Source: Chloroflexota bacterium (GTDB taxonomy: Bacteria > Chloroflexota > Dehalococcoidia > Lucifugimonadales > Lucifugimonadaceae). From it: 64,000 bases of DNA. A model generated the notes under the pieces. That model was not told the DNA's origin. It did no database searches and was given only the letters and a program-made list of their open reading frames with translations. The first letter of the stretch is position 1. Every line of letters starts with the position of its first letter. Of the stretch, positions 10,584 through 21,199 are shown piece by piece. Where the stretch lies: positions 1-64,000 of the forward strand of contig PBHC01000005.1 in assembly GCA_002719295.1 (NCBI GenBank). The letters are read 5' to 3'. The translations under genes were made by a program, and so were the position numbers.

Positions 10584-11990
10584 ATGTCTAATAATCTAAC
10601 AATGTTTGAAAAGATTTGGCAAAAACATATAGTTGCTGAACCTAAGGATCAACCTGAGATTTTGTATATTGATCTGCATTTAGTTCACGAAGTAACATCC
10701 CCCCAAGCCTTTGAAAGTTTAAGAATTAATAATAGGAAAGTTCGTAGGCCTGAGCTTACTATTGCAACTGTTGATCATAATATTACAACTGACGATACTA
10801 GAACTGAAGAAATAAAGGATGAAATAGCAAGAAAACAAGTTGAAACTATACGAGAAAATTGTAAATCAAACGGAATAACTCTTTTCGATGTTTGGGATAA
10901 AGAGCAAGGTATTGTTCACGTTATTGGGCCTGAACAAGGATATACCCAACCCGGAATGACAATTGTTTGTGGAGATTCACATACATCAACTCATGGTGCA
11001 TTTGGAGCATTAGCTTTTGGAATCGGAACATCTGAGGTGGAACATGTTTTGGCCACTCAGACTTTAAGACAAAGAAAGCCTAAGACTATGAAGGTTGAAT
11101 TTACAGGCAGTTTGTCAAAAGGTGTTACAGCAAAAGATATGGTGCTAAAACTTATTGGACAAATAGGAACTGCAGGGGGTACAGGATATGTTATGGAGTA
11201 CACTGGAGAACCTATAAGGAATCTAAATATGGAAGGCCGAATGACTATATGTAATATGTCAATCGAGGGAGGAGCAAGAGCAGGGATGATTGCACCTGAT
11301 CAAACAACATTTGATTGGATGAAAGGAAGAAATAGGGTTCCTAAAGGAAATGACTGGGAAAAAGCAATTATCGAATGGGAGCAATTAAGATCTGATAAAG
11401 ATGCAGAATTTGACTCATATGTAGAGGTTAGTTGTGATGATTTGGAACCATTTGTTTCATGGGGTACTAATCCATCTCAGGTTTTACCTATTTCTGCAAA
11501 AATACCGTCTCCAGAAGACTTTGATATTTCTCTTGACTCTCAGTCTTGTGCAAATGCATTAGAGTATATGGGTCTAAAACCAGGAACTAAAATTGAGGAT
11601 ATTCAATTAGATAGAGTATTTATTGGATCATGTACAAATGCCAGAATAACTGATTTGAGAAATGCTGCTGAGATTATTGATGGGAAAAAAGTTAACGGTA
11701 ATGTAAGAGCTCAAGTAATGCCAGGATCGACATTAACTAAAATTCAGGCTGAAAAAGAAGGCTTAGATGAAATTTTTAAGTCAGCAGGTTTTGAATGGAG
11801 AGAATCTGGTTGTTCTATGTGCTTAGGTATGAACCCTGATATCATTGCTCCAGGAGAGAGATGTGCATCTACATCAAATAGAAACTTTGAAGGTAGACAA
11901 GGAAAAGGTGGAAGAACACATTTAGTAAGCCCTGAAATGGCAGCAGCAGCAGCTATTGAAGGTCACTTTGTTGATGTGAGAAACTGGTAG
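10584..11990 (+). CDS. leuC: 3-isopropylmalate dehydratase large subunit
   Basis: [41 protein letters not shown]. Confidence 0.97.
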   Translation: MSNNLTMFEKIWQKHIVAEPKDQPEILYIDLHLVHEVTSPQAFESLRINNRKVRRPELTIATVDHNITTDDTRTEEIKDEIARKQVETIRENCKSNGITLFDVWDKEQGIVHVIGPEQGYTQPGMTIVCGDSHTSTHGAFGALAFGIGTSEVEHVLATQTLRQRKPKTMKVEFTGSLSKGVTAKDMVLKLIGQIGTAGGTGYVMEYTGEPIRNLNMEGRMTICNMSIEGGARAGMIAPDQTTFDWMKGRNRVPKGNDWEKAIIEWEQLRSDKDAEFDSYVEVSCDDLEPFVSWGTNPSQVLPISAKIPSPEDFDISLDSQSCANALEYMGLKPGTKIEDIQLDRVFIGSCTNARITDLRNAAEIIDGKKVNGNVRAQVMPGSTLTKIQAEKEGLDEIFKSAGFEWRESGCSMCLGMNPDIIAPGERCASTSNRNFEGRQGKGGRTHLVSPEMAAAAAIEGHFVDVRNW

Positions 11991-12001
11991 GATGTTCTCT
12001 T

Positions 12002-13045
12002 TTGTCTAAAGAAAAACAAAAAAAATTTGGTAAACCTAAATCTTTTTCTAATTATTCAGATTCAAAAATTGATCCACTTCAAAAAACTAGTTTGCTATCT
12101 AGAATATTTGGGAATCAAAAAAAATTAGATGATGCTAGAAAAACTTTTTTTACAGCATATAAATTTGAATCGAATATAAATCCTCTGAGAATAATAACTT
12201 TATTACTTTTGCTTTCAGTTATTTTAGGACTAGGAATGTTTTTTATAGAAAGAAATAATGAAAGAATTTATAAAAGTTGGAAATATCAAGGCATTTCATC
12301 TATACCGCCTTCAAATATCTCTAATTTTGATCAAGTAATAGACTTTTCCAAAAAAGAACAATTATCTAATTGCGATTCTTGGGATCCGAACAAGTTACTT
12401 GAAGGAGAATGCGATAAACCTATATCCTATGTTAATGAGATGAATGAGACACAATCTAGGTCTCAAATTTTATATATTTTTCAATTTTTGCTAATGTTTT
12501 TGCTTTTTTTCCCTCTAGGAACTTTTTTTCATAGGTCCTTAAGAAATATAAAAACTTTGAGATACGAAACATCAGTATCTCCAGAAAAATCAATTGTTTG
12601 GATTTATTTTTCAGTTTTTTTGTATTTCTTGGCAGTTTTTATATCTAAGTTTATTTCCAAAGATTTTAATGTGTCTTTCTCTATTGTTTTTTTATCTTTC
12701 TTGTTTTTATCCTATAGATTGTATAAGACCTTTATTGAAATATATAAAGGCAGTTTGATAGAAAAATCAAATAGACTCTTTTTTATATTTACAAATAAAT
12801 TTAAGATATGGTTTATAAGTTATTTATCAATCTTATTTTTTAATCCTTCTATCATTACTAGATTTTGGGCATATGAGCTTAATAATATAGACGATTTAAT
12901 AACCGCTACAAAGTTAATGAATTACTCTTCAATAGTAATAATAATATTTTGTTTTTTTTCTATTGTTTTGGTAGCAGAAATATATAAATTACAAGAAATA
13001 AAAAATATTAAAGTTGGGTCTATTACTGTAGATCCTTTACAATAG
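12002..13045 (+). CDS. Multi-pass membrane protein, possibly DUF4328-like
   Basis: Several hydrophobic helices; FFHRSLRNIKTL...SPEKSIVW resembles the DUF4328 core from memory. Confidence 0.5.
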   Translation: MSKEKQKKFGKPKSFSNYSDSKIDPLQKTSLLSRIFGNQKKLDDARKTFFTAYKFESNINPLRIITLLLLLSVILGLGMFFIERNNERIYKSWKYQGISSIPPSNISNFDQVIDFSKKEQLSNCDSWDPNKLLEGECDKPISYVNEMNETQSRSQILYIFQFLLMFLLFFPLGTFFHRSLRNIKTLRYETSVSPEKSIVWIYFSVFLYFLAVFISKFISKDFNVSFSIVFLSFLFLSYRLYKTFIEIYKGSLIEKSNRLFFIFTNKFKIWFISYLSILFFNPSIITRFWAYELNNIDDLITATKLMNYSSIVIIIFCFFSIVLVAEIYKLQEIKNIKVGSITVDPLQ

Positions 13046-13060
13046 AGATAGGAGAAAATT

Positions 13061-13645
13061 ATGGAAAAATTTGTTGAACATACAGGTTTGGTAGCACCTT
13101 TAGATAGAGTTAATGTAGATACTGATCAGATCATTCCTAAACAATTTCTTAAGCGAATTGAAAGAACGGGATTTGGTAAATTCGCATTTTATGATTGGAG
13201 ATATTTGGAAGATGGCGTCCCAAACCCCGATTTTATTTTAAATGATCCAAAATTTGATGGAGCATCAATTCTAGTAACTGGTCCAAATTTTGGTTCAGGT
13301 TCTAGTAGAGAACATGCACCATGGGCACTTTCAGAGTATGGATTTAAAGTTATTATTTCTACAAGTTTTGCAGATATTTTTAGAAACAACTGTATGCAAA
13401 ACGGTATTATTACAGTCGTTTTATCAAGTGAAGAAGTGGATAAAATAATGACTAATGCTCATAGAATTCCAAGTTATAAATTAAGTGTTAATTTAGAAAA
13501 TCAAAGCTTGAAAGATAATTTAGATTTTTCAGCAGAATTTGAATTTGATCCTTTTAGAAAAGATTCAATTCTAAAAGGATTAGATGATATTGGTATAACT
13601 CTTCAGCACGAAACAGATATATCAAAATATGAGTCAAAAAAATAA
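13061..13645 (+). CDS. leuD: 3-isopropylmalate dehydratase small subunit
   Basis: NVDTDQIIPKQFL, NFGSGSSREHAPWAL, SFADIF. Confidence 0.97.
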   Translation: MEKFVEHTGLVAPLDRVNVDTDQIIPKQFLKRIERTGFGKFAFYDWRYLEDGVPNPDFILNDPKFDGASILVTGPNFGSGSSREHAPWALSEYGFKVIISTSFADIFRNNCMQNGIITVVLSSEEVDKIMTNAHRIPSYKLSVNLENQSLKDNLDFSAEFEFDPFRKDSILKGLDDIGITLQHETDISKYESKK

Positions 13646-13719
13646 AAAAATCTCATTAAATTCAAAATTCATATAATTATTGATAGAATAGAAGTTAGTG
13701 AAAAATTTTCGGAGGAATT

Positions 13720-14841
13720 ATGGAAGCAAGAGTTTGTGTTTTAGCTGGAGACGGAGTAGGAAAAGAAGTTACTACAGAATCTATGAAAGTCTTAGAGGCT
13801 ATCTGTAGAAAATTTGATCATAATTTTGAATTTATACATGCTTTGGTTGGTGGAGCTGCAATAGATAAATTCAATAACCCTCTTCCTCCAGAATCAATGA
13901 ACTTAGCATTAGGCTCAGATGCTATTCTTTTTGGAGCTGTAGGAGGCCCTAAATGGGATAATCCAAGCGCTGATGTTAGGCCAGAAGATGCAATCCTAGC
14001 ATTAAGAAAAAGACTAGGTTTATACGCAAATATGAGACCAGTTAAAGTTTATCCAGAACTCCTTCATTCAAGCCCTCTTAAGCCAGAATATCTTGAAAAT
14101 GTAGATTTTGTTATTGTTAGAGAATTAACAGGTGGTTTATATTTTGGTAGACCAAAAAGAAGAAGCGCCAGTACAAGAGGTAGAAGAGCTGTTGATACAT
14201 TGGCTTATTCAGAGAAAGAAATTGCAAGAGTTGTTAGAGTGGCGTTTGAACTTGCTAAATCAAGGAGAAAAAGATTACATTCACTTGATAAAATGAATGT
14301 TCTTGAAACTGGAAGGTTATGGAGAGAAATAGCAAACGAGGTATCAAGAGATTATCCTGAAGTAGAATTGATTCATATGTTGGCTGACAACGCTGCTATG
14401 AAAATTATTACTAATCCTTCAGAATTTGATGTGATTGTTGCAGAAAATAGTATTGGAGACATCCTTTCAGATGAAGCCTCAGTAATAACAGGATCGATGG
14501 GAATGCTTCCATCTGCTAGTTTAGCATCCTCACCTCCTCCTCCTGGAAAAAGAAGAGGAAGAAGAGGTAGACCTGCTCTTTATGAACCAATTCATGGTTC
14601 TGCCCCTGACATAGCAGGACATAATGTTGCTAACCCTGTTGCTTCATTTTTATCTGCAGCATTAATGTTGAGATGGTCTTTTGGACTTCATGAAGAAGCA
14701 GACGAAATTGAATTAGCTATTAATAAAATAATTACAGAGGGATATAGGACTGTAGATATTGCTGGAGAGCAAGATCACAAGCTGTCAACTAGTCAAATGG
14801 GTGATTTAGTTGCAGGAATTATTTCAAGCGGACCTAAATAA
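13720..14841 (+). CDS. leuB: 3-isopropylmalate dehydrogenase
   Basis: GDGVGKEV, GAVGGPKWD, VRELTGGLYFG, GDILSDEAS, EPIHGSAPDIAG. Confidence 0.93.
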   Translation: MEARVCVLAGDGVGKEVTTESMKVLEAICRKFDHNFEFIHALVGGAAIDKFNNPLPPESMNLALGSDAILFGAVGGPKWDNPSADVRPEDAILALRKRLGLYANMRPVKVYPELLHSSPLKPEYLENVDFVIVRELTGGLYFGRPKRRSASTRGRRAVDTLAYSEKEIARVVRVAFELAKSRRKRLHSLDKMNVLETGRLWREIANEVSRDYPEVELIHMLADNAAMKIITNPSEFDVIVAENSIGDILSDEASVITGSMGMLPSASLASSPPPPGKRRGRRGRPALYEPIHGSAPDIAGHNVANPVASFLSAALMLRWSFGLHEEADEIELAINKIITEGYRTVDIAGEQDHKLSTSQMGDLVAGIISSGPK

Positions 14842-14845
14842 AAAT

Positions 14846-17170
14846 ATGCTAAATCCTAAAGATTTTTTGCCTGATCTAAATTCTACTTTCAATTCGAAGG
14901 TAATTAGTGAAGACGTTGAGATTTACAGAGATGAATGGGGAATCCCTCATATATCTGCAAAAAACGAAAGTGATTTGTTTTTTGCACAAGGATTTACAAT
15001 TGCTCAAGATAGATTATTTCAGATGGATTTGGATCGATTGAGATGTCTTGGAAGATCTTCAGAATATTTAGGTAAAAAAGCGATAGCTAACGATAAGTTA
15101 AATCTAAAACGAGACTTTGAAAGAGTTGCAAAATCAGATTTAAAAAAAGCATCTAATAGTGCAAAAAATATGATTGATTCTTTTACAAAAGGAGTAAACT
15201 TTTATATTTCTGAAACATCTGTATTACCAATAGAATATAATCTTTTAGGAAAAAAGCCTGATAAATGGGAAGACTGGCATTCAATATTAATTTATAAAAT
15301 CAGAAATGCTGCTGAGGGGTCCTTTAATGGTAAGCTTTTTTATTCACAGCTATCTAATGAAATAGGTGCAGAAAAAGCAGCTAAATTAATACCTGGATAC
15401 TTCCCTGGAGCACTATTAACCTTACCTCCTGGAAGTACTTACTCTGGTCAGGTTAAAAATGCTATAGAAGAATTATCTGAAGCTGCTGAAAATTTTAAAT
15501 CTATAGGAGCAATTGATGGAGAATCTAATGGATGGTCAATATCTGGAGAAAAATCTTATTCTGGATTTCCACTAGTTGGAGGTGATTCTCATAGAACTTT
15601 AGATACTCCTAATGTTTACTATCAAGTACATTTGAAATGTGATACTTTTGAAGGCATGGGACATACTATTCCTGGATACCCTGGTTTTATGCATTTTTCA
15701 CATAATAAAAACGTTGCTTGGGGAATGACTCATGGAGGGGCTGATACTCAAGATATATTTATTGAAAAATTAAGATATTCAGAAAATAAAATTCAGCAAT
15801 TTTATAACAATGAATGGATTGATACTGAGTTTTTCAAGAAAGAAATTTTTCCAAGAAATGAGAAAAAAATAGAAATAGATGTAATTAAAACCACAAATGG
15901 AAATGTCATTTATGGGGATCCAAGCGATCAATATGTACTTTCACTTTGTGACCCTGGAGGTTTAGATGAAGGTACTCATTGGATTGATTCAGCGTACGAA
16001 GCGATGAAATCAAAATCTGCTGATGATTTAGAAAAAGCTTTTGATAAATGGACTGATAGGACTAATAATTACCCATATGCAGATACCAACAAGAACTTTG
16101 GTTACAAATTTGCTGGTGCAGTTCCTGTAAGAGACAAGCAACATGAATGGGGGATAGCAAAAGGATGGGATGATAAATATTTAGTAAATAAAGAGATCCC
16201 AAGAGATGAATTGCCTAAATCAAGAAATCCTATAGAGGGATGGGTAGTAACTTGTAATCAACAAGTTGTAGATCATGATTATCCATATTTTATGTCTATT
16301 GCTTTTGCTCCTGAATATAGAGCGAAAGTACTAGCTAAATATATAGAAAATAATTCTAAAAATCTCAAAATTGAAAATATGCTTGAAATGCATAATCAAA
16401 AATTTTCAATTCCTGCAGAGAAAATCGTTTTATATTTCAAAGATTTAAAATTATCAGAAGATTCTTTATCAAAAACAGAAAAAGAAGCAATTGATCTACT
16501 TTTTAGTTGGGATTTTCTAATGGATAAGGATAGTTTAGCAGCATCTATATATACAGTCACTAAAGAAAAAATAATTGAAGAAATAATAAAAATTAATTAC
16601 GGAAACCTTGCAGAAGAGACTATAAAATGGAAAAATTATGGTGCTGTTTCTCATGTGAGAAGATTTTTAGTTCCTTTGATAAATGATCATATTGGAAATA
16701 ATGAAAGTTTCTTATTAAATAAAAGTGAAAATTGGCAAAACATAGTAATAAATTCTTTCAAAAAGGCAATTGATTTTTTGAAATCAAAATTTGGAGAAGA
16801 TATAAAAGGATGGAAATGGGGTAATCTTCATCAAACAAACCACCAACATCCATTAAGTTCTGTTTTTGAAAATTATCGTCATATTTTAAATCCTAAAAAA
16901 GCTTCTGCCAGTGGAGATGAAGCTACTCCTTTAGCTGGATCTTACGATAAAAATTATAATGTAGTAGCTGCGTCGGTTAATAGATATGCTCATGATCCAA
17001 GTAATTGGGAAAATAGTAGATGGATAGTTCCATTAGGTTCTTCCGGAAATCCTGGCTCTGAAAATTATTTTGATCAGTTAGATCTTTGGGCTAATGGAGA
17101 TACCATACCTCAATTATGGAATTGGGATGAAATAAATAAATTTAAAAAACAGACAATTAAAAAACTCTAG
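14846..17170 (+). CDS. Penicillin acylase family (Ntn hydrolase, peptidase S45)
   Basis: RDEWGIPHI, FFAQG..AQDRLFQMD, nucleophile segment GE-SNGW, GSSGNPGS..Y.DQ; ATG 14846 preferred. Confidence 0.9.
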   Translation: MLNPKDFLPDLNSTFNSKVISEDVEIYRDEWGIPHISAKNESDLFFAQGFTIAQDRLFQMDLDRLRCLGRSSEYLGKKAIANDKLNLKRDFERVAKSDLKKASNSAKNMIDSFTKGVNFYISETSVLPIEYNLLGKKPDKWEDWHSILIYKIRNAAEGSFNGKLFYSQLSNEIGAEKAAKLIPGYFPGALLTLPPGSTYSGQVKNAIEELSEAAENFKSIGAIDGESNGWSISGEKSYSGFPLVGGDSHRTLDTPNVYYQVHLKCDTFEGMGHTIPGYPGFMHFSHNKNVAWGMTHGGADTQDIFIEKLRYSENKIQQFYNNEWIDTEFFKKEIFPRNEKKIEIDVIKTTNGNVIYGDPSDQYVLSLCDPGGLDEGTHWIDSAYEAMKSKSADDLEKAFDKWTDRTNNYPYADTNKNFGYKFAGAVPVRDKQHEWGIAKGWDDKYLVNKEIPRDELPKSRNPIEGWVVTCNQQVVDHDYPYFMSIAFAPEYRAKVLAKYIENNSKNLKIENMLEMHNQKFSIPAEKIVLYFKDLKLSEDSLSKTEKEAIDLLFSWDFLMDKDSLAASIYTVTKEKIIEEIIKINYGNLAEETIKWKNYGAVSHVRRFLVPLINDHIGNNESFLLNKSENWQNIVINSFKKAIDFLKSKFGEDIKGWKWGNLHQTNHQHPLSSVFENYRHILNPKKASASGDEATPLAGSYDKNYNVVAASVNRYAHDPSNWENSRWIVPLGSSGNPGSENYFDQLDLWANGDTIPQLWNWDEINKFKKQTIKKL

Positions 17171-18342
17171 TCTAAATTACCAAAATCTCTTTTTATATTA
17201 TTTTCCTTAAATGTAAGTTCTTCTTCTTTAATTGATGTTCCTAACCCTGGTAGATTATTTAATTCAATATAGCTGTTTTCTACTACTGGATGATTATTAG
17301 TTATTTTTTTTGAAAATTCCTCTACATGTACCATATATTCATAAATTATAAAATTATTTATTACAGATGAGACATTTAAGGCAGCTGAGGCTCCTACTCC
17401 AGTGGAATTCCAACCATGAGGAGAAACTCCTATAGAAAAAGTTTCAGCCATAGAAGCAATTAATGTCAATTCTAGAATTCCTCCCGTGTTACAAATATCT
17501 GGATTAATAATATCTACAGCTCGGTTTTTACAAACATCCTTAAACATATTTCTTGAATATAAAGCTTCACCGGTTACTATAGGTACAGTAGTTATATCTT
17601 TTACCTCTTTTATTCCGTCTAAATTTTCTGAAATACATGGTTCTTCGATCCAAAAAGGGTTATATTTTTCAATCTCTTTAGTGAAAATTTGTGCTTTAGA
17701 AACGGATAATCTTCTATGAACTTCTATTAAAATATCAATTTCAGGGCCAACTGATTCTCTAACAACCCCTACTCTTTTTGAAGCTTCAAATAGAATATCA
17801 TTTTCTGGCCAGTCTTCCCATGGTCCAGTAAAAGGATCAAATTTTAATGCTTTGAAACCTCTTCTATTTACCATATCTAATGCATTTTTAGATAAATCTT
17901 CTTCTTCTAAACTTGTGGCCCATCCATTAGCATAAACTTTTATTTTTTCTCTTATTTTTCCACCAAGCAAATTGTATACAGGTTGTTCGTAATATTTCCC
18001 TACAATATCCCACATTGCAATCTCTATCCCACTAACTGCACACCAAAAATCCATAGATGGTCTTTTATTTGAAAAATCCCTTTGAGCACCTAAAATAAAG
18101 TTTCTTATATTTAATGGATCATAATCAATAAGATATTTCTTCATTTTTTCTACATGAGAAGTAATTTGTGTATCTCTATCAGATTGTGAGTAGCACTCAC
18201 CCCAACCTGTAATACCAATATCAGTTTCTATTTTTACAAAAATTAGATTTTTCCCGAAAAATTTTATTGATTTAGAAAAACTTTCATCAACACTAATTTC
18301 ACCTGGATTTGTGATAAATATTTCTAAATTAGTTATTTTCAT
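17167..18342 (-). CDS. Mandelate racemase/galactonate dehydratase-like enolase-superfamily enzyme
   Basis: SGIEIAMWDIVGK, KxK-like ALKFDP, IEVHRR, WIEEP, TGE, NPDI, PH. Confidence 0.9.
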   Translation of the reverse strand: MKITNLEIFITNPGEISVDESFSKSIKFFGKNLIFVKIETDIGITGWGECYSQSDRDTQITSHVEKMKKYLIDYDPLNIRNFILGAQRDFSNKRPSMDFWCAVSGIEIAMWDIVGKYYEQPVYNLLGGKIREKIKVYANGWATSLEEEDLSKNALDMVNRRGFKALKFDPFTGPWEDWPENDILFEASKRVGVVRESVGPEIDILIEVHRRLSVSKAQIFTKEIEKYNPFWIEEPCISENLDGIKEVKDITTVPIVTGEALYSRNMFKDVCKNRAVDIINPDICNTGGILELTLIASMAETFSIGVSPHGWNSTGVGASAALNVSSVINNFIIYEYMVHVEEFSKKITNNHPVVENSYIELNNLPGLGTSIKEEELTFKENNIKRDFGNLD

Positions 18343-18357
18343 TTTTATTCTCTTCTC

Positions 18358-19119
18358 CTAATTAAATTGAACTTCAATATTTCCTATTTTCTCTATATCT
18401 ATTTTTATTCTGTCATTTTTTTTCACCCAATAAGTTTGTACTATAGACCCTAGGGTAATGAGGTCTCCTGGTTTAGGATAATTATTATTACTAAAATTAA
18501 AATCTAAAAACCATTTCAAAGCGTTTATGGGGTCTTCTAAAATATCAGATCCTTTCCCTTCTCCTATAATTTTATTATTTAATGACATGTAACCTTTAAT
18601 TTCTCTAAGATTATTTATTGATCCTATTTCAATACCATGTCCATAAACAACTGAAGAAGCAAAAAAGTCATCAGCTATTAAAATTGATGTTTCTTCTTTT
18701 GTATAATCTAGCCATCTGTCATCTACTATTTCAATTGAAGGAACAACTCTATCAATAATTTTTTCAATATTTTGATTCATATTTATATCAAAATCTTTAG
18801 ATAGAATTACAGCTATTTCACACTCAACTCCGGGTCTGATAAATTCACTAAAATTTAATTTTGTGGTTCCTTTATATATATTTTTTTTCATTACTCTACC
18901 TAAGCAAGGCGAAGGTATATTTAGGTATTCTTGCATAACCTTACTTGTACATCCTATTTTCCATGCTGTAAAATCTTCGACTTTAGAATAATGATCATAT
19001 ATTTCATTTTGAATAGAATAACCATCTGAAATACTTAAATTTCTTTTTTCTTTTTCTGTTATTTTTATTTTTTGGTTATTTTGTCTGAAATTGATAATGC
19101 TTTTAGAAATATTGTTCAT
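18358..19119 (-). CDS. 2-keto-4-pentenoate hydratase-like (FAH superfamily)
   Basis: WKIGCTS, VECEIA, EIVDDR, IADD, PGDLITLGS. Confidence 0.85.
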   Translation of the reverse strand: MNNISKSIINFRQNNQKIKITEKEKRNLSISDGYSIQNEIYDHYSKVEDFTAWKIGCTSKVMQEYLNIPSPCLGRVMKKNIYKGTTKLNFSEFIRPGVECEIAVILSKDFDINMNQNIEKIIDRVVPSIEIVDDRWLDYTKEETSILIADDFFASSVVYGHGIEIGSINNLREIKGYMSLNNKIIGEGKGSDILEDPINALKWFLDFNFSNNNYPKPGDLITLGSIVQTYWVKKNDRIKIDIEKIGNIEVQFN

Positions 19120-19143
19120 AAAAAAATAATTTATACTGTAATT

Positions 19144-19593
19144 ATGAAAATAATAATACCAAGACTTATAATATCAAAGCTTATAGAACACTCATTAATT
19201 GAAGATCCAAAAGAATGTTGTGGATATTTGATGGGTAAAGAAAATGAAGTAGAGAGTATTTTTAACTGTAAAAATATCCATGAAAGTCCCGTAAAGAGAT
19301 ATTCTGTTGACCCTTTAGATCAAATTTCTGCTGAAAAGTATGCTGATGAGAATAAATTAGATGTTATTGCTATTTACCATTCTCACACTCTTTCTCAGGC
19401 TTATCCTTCGCCAACAGATGTTTCAAACGCTGTAGAATCTGGATGGACTCAACCTATCTATGTACTAATTTCTCTTGTGGAAAAAACAAGACCAATAATT
19501 AGAGCTTTCAATATATCAGAAGATAAATCAGTTGAAGAGGTTATAATAGAGCATGATGGTGAAGCATATATTAGCCCTACAGAGAATTCTTAA
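19144..19593 (+). CDS. JAB/MPN (M67) metallopeptidase, Mec-like
   Basis: JAMM motif: PKECCG...YHSH...AYPSPTD; ATG 19144 preferred. Confidence 0.88.
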   Translation: MKIIIPRLIISKLIEHSLIEDPKECCGYLMGKENEVESIFNCKNIHESPVKRYSVDPLDQISAEKYADENKLDVIAIYHSHTLSQAYPSPTDVSNAVESGWTQPIYVLISLVEKTRPIIRAFNISEDKSVEEVIIEHDGEAYISPTENS

Positions 19594-21199
19594 TCAAAAA
19601 CCACTCTATTGAATCTGATAAAGCCAGCCAACTAGCTTCTATTATGTTGGATGAAGCTCCAACTGTAGTCCAAACATCTTTATCATCGGATGATTCTATT
19701 ATCACTCTAACAACTGCTCCAGTACCAGTTCCTTCTTCCACAACTCTTACTATATAATCTGTAAGTCTTATTTTGTGAATTTCTGGGAAAGTATCAATTA
19801 GACCCTTTCTTGTTGCTTTGTCTAGTGCATCAACTGGTCCATTTCCTTCTGCAGCAGTGTGAACAATTTTGTTCTTGGTTTTTATTTTTATAGTAGCTTC
19901 AGATAGCATTGGATGTTCCTGATCATTTTTTCTCCAGCCTGTTCCTAGTGATCCTCTTCGTTTATTTTCAATAATAACCATGAAGTCTACCAACTCAAAT
20001 TTAGCTTCATAGTTCGGTAAATTTCTGTGAATAAGTAAATCCAAGGAAGACCCTGCAAGTTCATATGCATAACCGGTCGATTCTTTTTCTTTAATTATTT
20101 TTATGATTTTTTCTGCATCACTATTATCTAAAATTTTTTCAAGCCCTAAATTTTCAATTCTTGTCATAACACTTTTTTTACCTGAAAGCTCAGAAATAGA
20201 TATTGATGACTCATTACCTACATCTGTTGGCTCTATATGCTGAAATGATTGCGGATCAATTAAATAACCAGCTGCATGCATACCACCTTTATGAGTAAAA
20301 GCATTTTTCCCAACGAAAGGCTGGAAAGGAAAGGGGCGTTTATTCGCAACTTCAGAAACGAAATTTGAAACATTAGTTAATTGGTTTAAATTTTCATCAT
20401 TTAATAATGTTTTTTTATTCATTTTTAAATTTAAATTAGCTATAACACTTATCAAATTAGCATTTCCAGTTCGTTCTCCATATCCATTAATGCATCCTTG
20501 TACTTGGAAAATACCAGCTTCAACTGCAGAAATTGTAGATGCAACAGCAGTATCAGTATCATTATGTGTATGTATTCCAAATAATTTTTCTTGTTTAAAT
20601 TCATTAAGAATTACTTTTGTGATTTGATATATTTCGCTTGGTAAAGTCCCTCCGTTTGTATCGCATAGAATTATCCTTTTGGCACCAGCATTTATTGCTG
20701 TTTTTAGGCACAAAAGGGAATATTCAGGATTATCCTTATAGCCATCAAAAAAATGTTCAGCATCAAAAAATACTTCTTTATTGTTTTTTTTCAGATATTC
20801 AATTGAATCTGCAATCATATTGATGTTTTCTTCTAAAGAAGTTTTGATGATTTTTTCAGTTTGATATGCACTCGATTTTCCGACTATTGTTACAAATTCT
20901 GTATTAGCGGATAAAATTGCTTTTATAAATGGATCATTTTCAACTTTTGAACTTGGCTTTCTTGTCTGACCGAAAGATACTATTTTTGAGTTTTTTAATT
21001 TTATATTTTTTATTCTTCTAAAATACTCTTCATCTTTTGGATTTGAACCTGCAAATCCACCCTCAATAAAATCAACTCCCAGGTCATCTAATTTTTTAGT
21101 TATGAGTATTTTTTCTTCTAAGGAAAGATTAATTCCACTCTGTTGCGTTCCATCACGAAGAGTAGTGTCATAAATTTCAATTTTTTGTTGTTTTTCCAT
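19577..21199 (-). CDS. cimA: Citramalate synthase
   Basis: YDTTLRDGTQ, GSNPKD, DAEHFFDGY, CDTNGG, HKGGMH, GNGPVDALD. Confidence 0.92.
   Translation of the reverse strand: MEKQQKIEIYDTTLRDGTQQSGINLSLEEKILITKKLDDLGVDFIEGGFAGSNPKDEEYFRRIKNIKLKNSKIVSFGQTRKPSSKVENDPFIKAILSANTEFVTIVGKSSAYQTEKIIKTSLEENINMIADSIEYLKKNNKEVFFDAEHFFDGYKDNPEYSLLCLKTAINAGAKRIILCDTNGGTLPSEIYQITKVILNEFKQEKLFGIHTHNDTDTAVASTISAVEAGIFQVQGCINGYGERTGNANLISVIANLNLKMNKKTLLNDENLNQLTNVSNFVSEVANKRPFPFQPFVGKNAFTHKGGMHAAGYLIDPQSFQHIEPTDVGNESSISISELSGKKSVMTRIENLGLEKILDNSDAEKIIKIIKEKESTGYAYELAGSSLDLLIHRNLPNYEAKFELVDFMVIIENKRRGSLGTGWRKNDQEHPMLSEATIKIKTKNKIVHTAAEGNGPVDALDKATRKGLIDTFPEIHKIRLTDYIVRVVEEGTGTGAVVRVIIESSDDKDVWTTVGASSNIIEASWLALSDSIEWFLIKNSL

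Noticed and set aside
12002..13045. Mobile element or intron splitting leuC from leuD
   Set aside because: No transposase, endonuclease or RT motifs, terminal repeats or target duplication; both flanking genes are complete.
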